From an uncultured archaeon (lineage in GTDB: Archaea > Asgardarchaeota > Lokiarchaeia > Sigyniarchaeales > SOKP01): a stretch of 64,000 bases of DNA. The notes beneath the pieces were generated by a model. It had not been told where the DNA came from, did no database searches, and worked only from the letters and a program-made list of their open reading frames with translations. The stretch covers positions 32,001 to 96,000 of the forward strand of contig CAZWEM010000008.1 of assembly GCA_964632315.1 (NCBI GenBank), given 5' to 3'. Position numbers and translations under genes: made by a program. Shown here in pieces: positions 9,473 through 18,686 of this stretch; position 1 is the stretch's first letter, and every line of letters begins with the position of its first letter.

Positions 9473-11102
9473 ATTTGCATGTGATACTTCAGTAATTTTT
9501 AATGGTTTGATTATTGATTTGATAGAAGATGGCGAGCTAGGGGAAAAACCTGAATTATTTGTCTCGAACATTGTGGTCGCTGAAGTAGAATATAGGACTA
9601 ATATTCAAAAAGAAATTGGATTCTTTGGGCTAAATGTATTAAAGCAGTTAAGAAAACTTGACGTTGAAGGAAAAATTACGCTTCATTTAATAGGACATCG
9701 CCCAACTCGAGAAGAAATCAAAATGGCACCTGGTGGAGAATTAGATGCATTAATAAGGAAAGGGGCAAGAGAAAATAATGCAACCTTAATTACAGCAGAT
9801 AGAATACAAGGAGATGTGGGGATTTTTGAAGGGTTAAATGTGATGCCTGTAAAAGAAAAACGCACCCCATCTCAAAAGGAGGTAAGAAGCTTAAGGTTAT
9901 TTAAATATTTTGATGAACATACAATGAGCATTCATTTAAAGCAGGATCTTCCTGTTTATGCTAAAAAAGGAAGTCCGGGTAATTGGTACATGGAACAGGT
10001 TGGGTATGAAGTTATAGACAAAAAATTAATAGAAGATCTTGCTATTGAAATTGTTGAATATGTTAGAGAAGATCCAAAATCATTTTTAGAGATTGAAAAA
10101 TTTGGAGCCGTCGTGGCGCAATTAAGAGAATTTAGAATCGTAATTACACGTCCTCCGTTCTCTAATGATATCGAAATCACTGCCGTTCGTCCTTTAGTAA
10201 GTTTAACCCTTGATGATTACTCAATTGATAAAAGGCTCAAGAACCGCTTGAATAAAGCAGAAGGGATCTTAGTTTCTGGTTCTCCAGGCGCAGGAAAGAG
10301 TACTTTCTCAGCTGCTTTAGCTAATTATTATTCAGGTCAGGATAAAGTAGTTAAAACTCTAGAAAGCGTGAGAGATCTCCAAGTAAATCCTAATATAACT
10401 CAATATACAAAATTAGAAGGGAGCCTTGAAAATTCTGCAGATATTTTATTGCTAGTACGCCCAGATTTTACAATTTTTGATGAAGTGAGAACATCTAAGG
10501 ATTTTCAAATTTTTGCTGATTTTCGACTTTCTGGAGTCGGCATGGTAGGTGTTGTTCATTCAGCTTCCGCAATTGATGCAATTCAGCGATTTATTGGCAG
10601 GATAGAATTAGGAATGCTCCCATCCATAATAGATACAATTATATTTATCGAAGCAGGAGACATTTCAAAAGTATTAGCAATTAAAATGACAGTAAAAGTT
10701 CCCTCTGGATTTCGTGACAAGGATTTAGCCAGACCCGTAGTTGAAGTTCGTGATTATTTAACAAAAGCATTAGAATATGAGATGTATTCATTTGGGCAAG
10801 ATATAGTTGTAAATCCTATAAATCCCTCACGATCTAAGAGGAGACACATATTAAATTATGATGATACAGATAGAAACAAAAAAATTCATCTTGACGTCAA
10901 CATTTTCAGGCAAAAAGTTCGGATAAGTGCTGATCCAGAGTACGCAAGTCAAAATATAATAATCTATGCAAATGATCAAGCGATTTTCTCGGGTTCTTTG
11001 AGTAGGAATGCTGATATGTCACTTTCCCTTTCCAGTAAAGATGGAAGGAAAATCGCAAAAGAGTATAATAAATATAAGGATATTTATGGTAAGCTTAAGT
11101 AG
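9462..11102 (+). CDS. PIN-domain ATPase (PINA family)
   Basis: N-terminal PIN (DTSVI, AEVE, LITAD); Walker A GSPGAGKST; LLLVRPDFTIFDEVR; GVGMVGVVH. Confidence 0.92.
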   Translation: MPDKFACDTSVIFNGLIIDLIEDGELGEKPELFVSNIVVAEVEYRTNIQKEIGFFGLNVLKQLRKLDVEGKITLHLIGHRPTREEIKMAPGGELDALIRKGARENNATLITADRIQGDVGIFEGLNVMPVKEKRTPSQKEVRSLRLFKYFDEHTMSIHLKQDLPVYAKKGSPGNWYMEQVGYEVIDKKLIEDLAIEIVEYVREDPKSFLEIEKFGAVVAQLREFRIVITRPPFSNDIEITAVRPLVSLTLDDYSIDKRLKNRLNKAEGILVSGSPGAGKSTFSAALANYYSGQDKVVKTLESVRDLQVNPNITQYTKLEGSLENSADILLLVRPDFTIFDEVRTSKDFQIFADFRLSGVGMVGVVHSASAIDAIQRFIGRIELGMLPSIIDTIIFIEAGDISKVLAIKMTVKVPSGFRDKDLARPVVEVRDYLTKALEYEMYSFGQDIVVNPINPSRSKRRHILNYDDTDRNKKIHLDVNIFRQKVRISADPEYASQNIIIYANDQAIFSGSLSRNADMSLSLSSKDGRKIAKEYNKYKDIYGKLK

Positions 11103-11151
11103 TAATTCAACTTCCACTTAATTAAATTTTTAAAGATTTTCAACATTTCGT

Positions 11152-11913
11152 TTACTGCGACTGATTTTTATTTAAATCTTTTACTCGTTCAATAATTGGA
11201 GGAAAAACATCACTTATAAGTTCAAAAAACCTAAGATCCGCTAAATCATCATATGGAGTTTCACCCTTATTCAAAATTATCAGCTTTGCTCCATTTTTTT
11301 TAGCATATCCTGGCATATTTGCTGCTGGAGATACTACTAATGATGAACCAATGACGAAAAATACATCTGATTGTTCCGATCTCCGAATCGCTTCTTCTAA
11401 TTCTCCCAAGGGTAAGGGATCTCCAAAGTTAACAATGCTTGATATCACTCTTCCTCCGCAACGAGGGCAACTAGGCTGGCCATTTTTTACTTTACCCGTT
11501 CGATATCCCTTTCCCCATTGTTTTTTGTCCCAACCTACTTCCTCAAATGTCATTTTTGCATTGCAGCTCAGGCATTTTAGGAAATAAAGATTGCCATGTA
11601 ATTCTGACATTAACTTAAATGGAATACCGGCCTTAGCATGAAGTCCATCCACATTTTGGGAAATTAAATAATCAAGTTTTCCCATTTCTAATAACTCTAC
11701 TATAAGATAATGTGCTTGATTTGGTTTAACTTGATCCCAGGAAGGCGATTTTGGTGGGGGCAAGCCGGCATCTCTTCTCGTCCAGACTCCATCAGGACCG
11801 CGGAAATCTGGAAGTCCGCTATCCGTCGATATTCCCGCACCAGTAAAAACAACTAGTTTTTTAGATTCATAGATCCATTGAGCAGCGAGATCGATTTTTT
11901 CTTCTAATTCCAT
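11152..11913 (-). CDS. NAD-dependent protein deacylase, Sir2 family
   Basis: GAGISTDSGLPDFRG, SQNVDGLH, HGN, two CxxC, GSSLVVSPA. Confidence 0.95.
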   Translation of the reverse strand: MELEEKIDLAAQWIYESKKLVVFTGAGISTDSGLPDFRGPDGVWTRRDAGLPPPKSPSWDQVKPNQAHYLIVELLEMGKLDYLISQNVDGLHAKAGIPFKLMSELHGNLYFLKCLSCNAKMTFEEVGWDKKQWGKGYRTGKVKNGQPSCPRCGGRVISSIVNFGDPLPLGELEEAIRRSEQSDVFFVIGSSLVVSPAANMPGYAKKNGAKLIILNKGETPYDDLADLRFFELISDVFPPIIERVKDLNKNQSQ

Positions 11914-12069
11914 AATATCATTTAGTGATTAGTCTTTTAAAAAGTAAGATGTGGCATAAATATTGATGCTTGCCACCTCCTAACTAAGTCAAAATACGAC
12001 CATTCTGAAGTTTTAATAATCTTAAAAATATGTAATCTATATATTTTCGACTTCAATTATGGTATTATA

Positions 12070-12357
12070 TTAATAATCCCCTTGCTTCCCTAATTTAGAG
12101 AAAAATAATAGTTTTAGTAAATTTACATAATGATCACTAATCGAATATTCCGGAATATTAGTTGCATCTGAAATTAGTTTCTGTGTAAGAATTGCTTTCT
12201 GATAATTTTCTTGAGCGAGTAACTTATCAGCTAAATAAATAACAGCACCAGTCAAAATTAACAGATTTCTTCCCTCTCTATGCCATCGGGTTAATTTAGC
12301 TAAAATTTGTCTTGATTTTTGAGTTAATCTACTCTGAAATTCTTCTTTTGTCCACAA
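12070..12357 (-). pseudogene. Truncated TFB/TFIIB-like fragment (C-terminal cyclin repeat only)
   Basis: GRNLLILTGAVIYLA...LTQKLISDATNIPEYSISDHY resembles TFB repeat 2 (GkxPxxlAAAalY...TQxeiA.....TIRxxY); in-frame TAA two codons upstream of the TTG start. Confidence 0.65.
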
Positions 12358-12553
12358 TTCTTACATTTTTTCATTTTCTTTATCTTTTGATTTATACACT
12401 CCTATAGTATATTAGAGGGTCAACGAATTTATATAAACAACTGGTATTGAAATCATAAATTTATATTACAATGCGATCATATATGAAATTCTCTTCTATA
12501 TCGCTTTCATACCGGGATGTAGATGTTTACTCACATCTTAAGTCCACTTTAAG

Positions 12554-13294
12554 CTAAATAGGTTTTAATTTCTTGTCTAATTCTGCTAATAATGTTAATA
12601 AGTTATCGAGGAGATCATAATTCTTTATTGCCATAAAGGGATCTTCGATGTCTCCAACATTAGATAAAGTATGAGAGTCACATCCAATTGAAACGGCAAT
12701 CATCCTTTCTTTTATCTTTTGGAAGAATTGCGTGTATTTTGTGGAATAATATTGAGAATAACTGGAATTGAATTCGAGAAAGATGTTAAATTCGGCTATG
12801 AACGAAAAAAGGACTTCCATATCATTAAAAATAAAGAAAGACGGATCAAAATGTGCCAATCCCAATATGGGTATTTGAGTCTCATTATAAGATACTTTCC
12901 AATTGGTTATGATATTTTTCGAAAATGAGATAGCTTCTGGACTTTCGAGGTATTCAAAGAGGATGAGATCAAAATCATTTGGTTTAATTAAACTTGAAAT
13001 ATAATTGTGGGAACTACTTAAATCAATTTCTATTCCTTTTAATACTACTAGTTTCTGCTTATTTTCTCTCAGTTGATTATTAATGATTTCAATTTCCTCC
13101 AGGTAATTTTCGATTTTTTCACGATTATTTAATGTGGGGATGATATTGGATTTCCAAGAGTTTGAGAAATGATCTGTAATTGCGATATATTCTAAGTTCG
13201 CATTTAAAGCACTTTTTACGATTTCTTCAATGGAATTCTTTCCATCTGAATATTTGGTATGGATGTGAAGGTTTATTCTTCTACTTATTTTCAC
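12554..13294 (-). CDS. PHP domain protein
   Basis: NLHIHTKYSDG, AITDH, GIE, LAH, GCDSH. Confidence 0.9.
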   Translation of the reverse strand: MKISRRINLHIHTKYSDGKNSIEEIVKSALNANLEYIAITDHFSNSWKSNIIPTLNNREKIENYLEEIEIINNQLRENKQKLVVLKGIEIDLSSSHNYISSLIKPNDFDLILFEYLESPEAISFSKNIITNWKVSYNETQIPILGLAHFDPSFFIFNDMEVLFSFIAEFNIFLEFNSSYSQYYSTKYTQFFQKIKERMIAVSIGCDSHTLSNVGDIEDPFMAIKNYDLLDNLLTLLAELDKKLKPI

Positions 13295-13297
13295 TGA

Positions 13298-15154
13298 TCA
13301 TATACCAATTGACTTTAATTCTCTATTTGTAATCCAGAGTAAAGTTCCAGATAAGACAAGAACAATCCCAAGTATTATCATTATGGAAGAATAAATATAA
13401 TTGATGGTGTTAGGGAGAATGACAGTTGAATTAATGATGACTTCACCTATGCTTAACTCATTATCAATGTTGAGATACCCAATCCAAAGTAAGATGATTG
13501 CTGAAGTTATTTGTATCAAGGATAAAAAATAATTCATATAATGTATAAATTTTGCCCTCTTTTTTCCCAACTCGATAATTTGACCCGTTCCGATGCTAAT
13601 TACAACTTTTTCTTTATCAATTTTCTTTACAAAAAAATACACTAACTCCCGTAAAGGAATTATGTCAAAAATCGCAGTTGCAAAGGTAATTACCGTGATA
13701 ACTGTTAGAATTCGATTAATAATGACTAAGGTAATATTAACTTCAGTTAAATTATTGATCAACCAGATAAAAAAGCTCATTATCAATGCAAGGAAAGTTT
13801 TGATTCCTGCTAAAGTTAAGGATTTCGAAGCTCGATCACTAATTGAAATTAAGAAATATCCAATCCCTATTGATAAAATGATTAATCCAAGTAAGACTGC
13901 TTGAGGAGAAAAGAAAAATAATGCAAGCACTACAAAACTTCCACTCAAGATAAAGGGGAGGATGGGAAAAAATGGGGCTTTAAATGGGCGATCTAACTCT
14001 TTTCGTGTTCTTCTCAGCTTCACAGCAGCATAATTAATAAAAGCAAGGCCAAAGAAATATATAAACGTGGTTGTTTCTGCAGCCAATCCAATGCTAGCAA
14101 AATAAGTGAAGACAACTGAGATTAATGTTGTTAGTGATAATGCAAGTACCGGCATTTGCGTTGTTTTTTTTATTTTTTGGATTGTCTCAGGTATATAGCG
14201 GTCTCTAGCTAAAGCTGTTATTACACTTACACCTGAACCCAAACCAGCGTTTATTGCAATCATAGTTGAAATAAAAGCTGCTGCTGCCATTAAATAAAAA
14301 CCAAAAGGTCCTAAAATGTTTCCTAGAACGTCAGCTAATAAGACTGGGGTTTCACCTATATGTGGTGGCGGATTACCGATATTAACCAACACCACGAATG
14401 TTATAGATAAATAAATTATCAATGATATCGTGATCGCGAGGATATTGATTCTTGGTATATTTCTTGAAGGATTTTTAACTTCTGAATTTAAGTATGATAA
14501 ATTTGAGATGATTGGAGTGAATAAAATAAAGAGCAATGGTAAGGCACTTATCACGGGAATTATTTGTATGGGTCGTAAAAGAACTGAATAATCAACTGAT
14601 GCAGTTATTGGTGCTATAAGCAATCCAGAAAAAACAAATATCCCAAATAAAATTATTAAAACAACTGTGAATAATATCAAGACTCTGATAGCAATTTTTT
14701 GAGTTCGGAAAAATACTAGACTCGTGAAGAGAATAGCTATGATTGCGATAGATACCATAATAAAAGGATTTATATTTACTCCAAATAGATTAAATATTTC
14801 CCCAAAAACTGCTGAGAAAGTAAGGGCTGAAAAGGAACACGCAGAGATATTTCCAATCCAGAGAAAAAATCCGATTATAAATGCTAAAAAACCCCCTAAT
14901 CCTTCTTTACTAAAATTATACGCTCCTCCAGCAAGTGGTAGACTAGTAGACAATTCTGCATAATTTAGTGCGGTAAAAAATATTAAAACACCACCGAATA
15001 AGAGACTAAATAACACTCCTGAATCTGCAATGTCAATACCCGTGCCTAAAAGTACGAAGATCGATCCCCCAATTCCACAACCAACTCCGTATAAAATAGC
15101 TTGGGAGAGGGAAAGAGATCTTTGTTTCACTTTATGTTCTTTAGTCTCATTCAA
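13298..15154 (-). CDS. APC-family amino acid permease with extra C-terminal TM segments
   Basis: GCGIGGSIF, YAELST..P.AGGAY, EVKNPSRNIP, RPFKAP. Confidence 0.9.
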   Translation of the reverse strand: MNETKEHKVKQRSLSLSQAILYGVGCGIGGSIFVLLGTGIDIADSGVLFSLLFGGVLIFFTALNYAELSTSLPLAGGAYNFSKEGLGGFLAFIIGFFLWIGNISACSFSALTFSAVFGEIFNLFGVNINPFIMVSIAIIAILFTSLVFFRTQKIAIRVLILFTVVLIILFGIFVFSGLLIAPITASVDYSVLLRPIQIIPVISALPLLFILFTPIISNLSYLNSEVKNPSRNIPRINILAITISLIIYLSITFVVLVNIGNPPPHIGETPVLLADVLGNILGPFGFYLMAAAAFISTMIAINAGLGSGVSVITALARDRYIPETIQKIKKTTQMPVLALSLTTLISVVFTYFASIGLAAETTTFIYFFGLAFINYAAVKLRRTRKELDRPFKAPFFPILPFILSGSFVVLALFFFSPQAVLLGLIILSIGIGYFLISISDRASKSLTLAGIKTFLALIMSFFIWLINNLTEVNITLVIINRILTVITVITFATAIFDIIPLRELVYFFVKKIDKEKVVISIGTGQIIELGKKRAKFIHYMNYFLSLIQITSAIILLWIGYLNIDNELSIGEVIINSTVILPNTINYIYSSIMIILGIVLVLSGTLLWITNRELKSIGI

Positions 15155-15192
15155 GGAATATCAACTACTCGATGCATTTAAGCTTATGAAAA

Positions 15193-16659
15193 TCAAGATT
15201 TTTCTAAATGAAATACTCCTGAAGCAATCGTGAAGAGTGCTCCAATGACTAACAAAATCCCAAAAATAGGAGAATTCATATTTCCAAAATCTATAATATT
15301 AACCCAGAATCCTATTCCCAATATTATGAATACTAATCCCATTGCGATTAAGATACCCCCAAAAAATTTAGATAATCGATATATGGTCGACAATAATTCT
15401 AATCTATGGATCCTGCTCTCTTTATCTCTGATTTCCTCTTCTTGGCTTTCTAATTCTGTTTTTAATTTTTGAAGTACAGCTCGGGCGTCATTAGTGGTTT
15501 GATCTATAACTTCCTTTGATTTTATGAGTTTATCGTGTTCGGCCTGCATATCTTCCAATTTCTCAGTTAAAGAATTTAGGCGTTCTTCACGTTCTATGTA
15601 TTCACTATTGGATGATTCTATATCATTTTTTAGATCCTGCAATCTTTTTTCGTTTGCTTCTATAAGATTTGTCTTGCTAGTAATTTGCTCTTGAAGTGAA
15701 CCAAGAGTCTCATTTGACTCCTGTATTTTAGACTCTAAACTAATTACATCTTGTTGTTTTTCAGTCAATTGTAGTTTATATTTAGAAAGAAGTTCTTCAT
15801 AGGTTTCTCTTTGTTTCTCCATTTCTGGAAATCCTTCTTTATAATCCTCGATTTGATTTTCTATTGTTTTGAGCCTTTGCTCTTTCTTTTCTATTTGATC
15901 AGATAATAACTTTTTTTCTTCCTCTTTTGCTTCTATTTCTTTATCAGAATGTTCTAACTCGAATTTATTTTTACCAATAGATACTTTTAATGTTTCATTT
16001 TCTGCTGTTAGACTCTTAATTTTTTTATCGAGAGCTTCGGCATCTTCCTTTAAATTATTAAGTAGATATTGTTTCTCCTCAATTTCTTGATTCATTTTAC
16101 TAAGTTTATTTCTTAATTCGTCTTGTTGAGAAACTTTTTCCTTCACGCTGTCTGTTAATACAATTAAATCAACTTGACGTGTTTCATAAGATTTGACTAA
16201 TTGTTCGTTATTTTTTAGCAATTCTTGATATTCATCTTCTAAATTGCTTTTACTTTCTTCAATAATTTCTATACGTTCTTCAAGATTCTTGAGATCTTCA
16301 TTTTTCCGGTTATATTTTTCTTGTAAGTTTTCAATTTCTTCTTGTAATACGGTTAAATATTCCTCTTTATCGTCTACTCTTTTCTTTACTGCTTCAAATT
16401 GTTCTTTTAATTCTAAAAGTTGTTTGGAAAGTTCTTCAACTTCTTCACTTTCGAGTTCTAATTCCTCTTCTTCCTTTTTGCCATTATTAATTGTATCGGA
16501 TATATCTTCAATGCTATTTTCAAAGCTTCTTAATTTTTTATCAATAATATCTCTTGAATCCTTTGCTTTCGATAAGAACTCTTTATCTACACGATCAAAA
16601 TCCTTTTCTGATTTACTTTCGGGTTTCTCTTGCTTCTCTTCTTCAATTTCGTCCGTCAT
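15193..16659 (-). CDS. Long coiled-coil protein with two C-terminal TM helices
   Basis: About 400 aa E/K/L-rich heptads, no Walker motifs; FFGGILIAMGLVFIILGIGFW and IFGILLVIGALFTIASG at the end. Confidence 0.85.
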   Translation of the reverse strand: MTDEIEEEKQEKPESKSEKDFDRVDKEFLSKAKDSRDIIDKKLRSFENSIEDISDTINNGKKEEEELELESEEVEELSKQLLELKEQFEAVKKRVDDKEEYLTVLQEEIENLQEKYNRKNEDLKNLEERIEIIEESKSNLEDEYQELLKNNEQLVKSYETRQVDLIVLTDSVKEKVSQQDELRNKLSKMNQEIEEKQYLLNNLKEDAEALDKKIKSLTAENETLKVSIGKNKFELEHSDKEIEAKEEEKKLLSDQIEKKEQRLKTIENQIEDYKEGFPEMEKQRETYEELLSKYKLQLTEKQQDVISLESKIQESNETLGSLQEQITSKTNLIEANEKRLQDLKNDIESSNSEYIEREERLNSLTEKLEDMQAEHDKLIKSKEVIDQTTNDARAVLQKLKTELESQEEEIRDKESRIHRLELLSTIYRLSKFFGGILIAMGLVFIILGIGFWVNIIDFGNMNSPIFGILLVIGALFTIASGVFHLEKS

Positions 16660-17098
16660 TTTACTAGTTTTTTGAATTTTAGGATTTTTAATTGTTAATA
16701 GAATAAAAGTAGAGTTTGACTTATAAAATTTAATTTTTATTTAAATAGGAAAGTTGATCAAAAATTTGCTTAAACTGATATTGATATGAATAATCAATCA
16801 TTTTATTTATCTTACAAGCTTTCTTATGACTAGACGTCATTACACGTATTTAAACTTTTAACTTTTATTTCAGATTATATGCTGATCTTTATGCAATTGA
16901 ACGATAAATTTATAAAGGAATAATTTCTGGAGCCTTTTTTTTTCTGAAACAAAAATTTAGTCGAGTGAGGTTAAATCACGGAGAATAACTACCCAAACTC
17001 ATTATCAGCTAGATATTCTTATAAGATGACTTCAAATTTAGATCTTATAGATTTAATTTTAGGGGAGTGTATTTCATTGGATAAAATTATTTAATTAT

Positions 17099-18589
17099 TT
17101 AATCAAACTTAGTTGCTTCAGTATCTTTAGTGATTCTCAATTTAACTAAGAGATGAAATGATCGAGGACCAAAAGTGACTAATACATAGAAATTCTCACG
17201 ACTACCTATTTCTAATTCTCCCCCAAGAATTGGAATGATTATATTTCTCATTCCATAAGTACTTGCAAGCTCGTGATCATAATGATTAAAGTCAGCTCGA
17301 TTCTCTAAGGCTCTTACAGTATGCAAGTAGTTAGAGGAATTTAAATCTGAAATTTCAGCGAATTTATAATGTAAATCTAGATAATTCCCATATTCATGCT
17401 CATTTATTATTAAACTCGTGGTAGTATGGTAAGATCTGATGAATAAATCACCATTTTTTAGTGAAGGGTATGTCTTTTTTGCTTCTTTTAAGATGTTTTT
17501 AATCATATCTGTAATGAATAGCAATTGGGTAACTGCATAACTGCGAAGGTGAATGTCATAAATTAAATTGACTTCACATTCATTTTCATAGCTTGATTTT
17601 AAACTACATGACACAAGAGTCTTATTAGACATAATTTTTTCTTTTGGCTTGAAAATTGTTTGATTTAAACGAACAATATTTCGAAAACCCCATGTCCTTA
17701 ATAATAGTTTTTGTGCAAATGGTAATTCTCCTGTTGCTTCTATAAAGCCTCTTTTTATTTGAGATGATTCTAAAGTCGGTGTTGCGCTCCCAAAAGAAAT
17801 ACGATTCCATGAATTTTGAACAAAACCCTCTATAGAAAAAATTTTAAGTAAGATATCTCTTGGAGTTGTTCCACCAAAAGATCTAGGCTCAAATTCAAGC
17901 CAGAGATTATTAAAATATTTTATTAATTGATAATATAGTGGAAAATCACCAGAAACATCAAGACCTGATAATATGATCGGGATATTTTGATGATCGGAAA
18001 CGAATTTCTTTATTGCCTCAATAGACGTGAACTTAGATTCATTATCAGGGAGATATCCATTCCCAATATCAATTTTTAGGAACAAGCTATTTTCTCTGCA
18101 GAAGCTTATTAAACTAGATAATTCTTGTTTATTTGAATTATTTAGATCGAATTTGGCTAAAGAAGGATAGAGCGCAATTCCGACCACAGGAATTTTCTTC
18201 TGGATCTTAATAATATCCTCAACAATATTTTTCTGATTTAAGTTATAAGAAATTACACCTGAAAACAATTTTTGGTCCAATTTTACAATATTAACAACAT
18301 CTGAATTTGAAATTCCATAAGGTCTGTTTAAATCCATTGCCTGGATGAATGCATGATCTATTCCCGAACAATTTAGTTCAATTTTAAGATCAATAAGATC
18401 TATCTTTCTATGATAGAAATATGGGCGTCCTTCCACGTTTTTAAATTGTAATAACATTTCTAAAGGTTCAGATGGCTTTATATCATTCAAAATTGGCCAT
18501 ACCAAACTATCCACTTGATCATAACTAAAGGCATTCGCATAATTTAGCCCAAAAATGCACTGAAAATCAGGTTGATATAATCTTTCCAT
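17099..18589 (-). CDS. Amidohydrolase-2-like domain fused to YjbQ/UPF0047 domain
   Basis: N-part ISNSDV, GIALYP, NLWLE, RISFGS (degenerate amidohydrolase barrel); C-part SYHTTTSLIINEHE...IPILGGELEIG..E....GPR typical of YjbQ. Confidence 0.7.
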   Translation of the reverse strand: MERLYQPDFQCIFGLNYANAFSYDQVDSLVWPILNDIKPSEPLEMLLQFKNVEGRPYFYHRKIDLIDLKIELNCSGIDHAFIQAMDLNRPYGISNSDVVNIVKLDQKLFSGVISYNLNQKNIVEDIIKIQKKIPVVGIALYPSLAKFDLNNSNKQELSSLISFCRENSLFLKIDIGNGYLPDNESKFTSIEAIKKFVSDHQNIPIILSGLDVSGDFPLYYQLIKYFNNLWLEFEPRSFGGTTPRDILLKIFSIEGFVQNSWNRISFGSATPTLESSQIKRGFIEATGELPFAQKLLLRTWGFRNIVRLNQTIFKPKEKIMSNKTLVSCSLKSSYENECEVNLIYDIHLRSYAVTQLLFITDMIKNILKEAKKTYPSLKNGDLFIRSYHTTTSLIINEHEYGNYLDLHYKFAEISDLNSSNYLHTVRALENRADFNHYDHELASTYGMRNIIIPILGGELEIGSRENFYVLVTFGPRSFHLLVKLRITKDTEATKFD

Positions 18590-18686
18590 TATTGTTCATT
18601 CCTTTTCAGTTATAGATTTGTGATAGTAAATCACAATAAATTACTTTAACTAATAAATTCAAATTAAATTAACTAAAATAATTACT

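Noticed and set aside
12323-12373. Minus-strand MKKCKNCGQKKNFRVD* resembling a TFB zinc-ribbon start
   Set aside because: Only 16 codons with one CxxC, overlapping the cyclin fragment out of frame; more simply a frameshift by-product.
15193-16659. SMC/Rad50 annotation
   Set aside because: No Walker A/B or hinge; has C-terminal TM helices.
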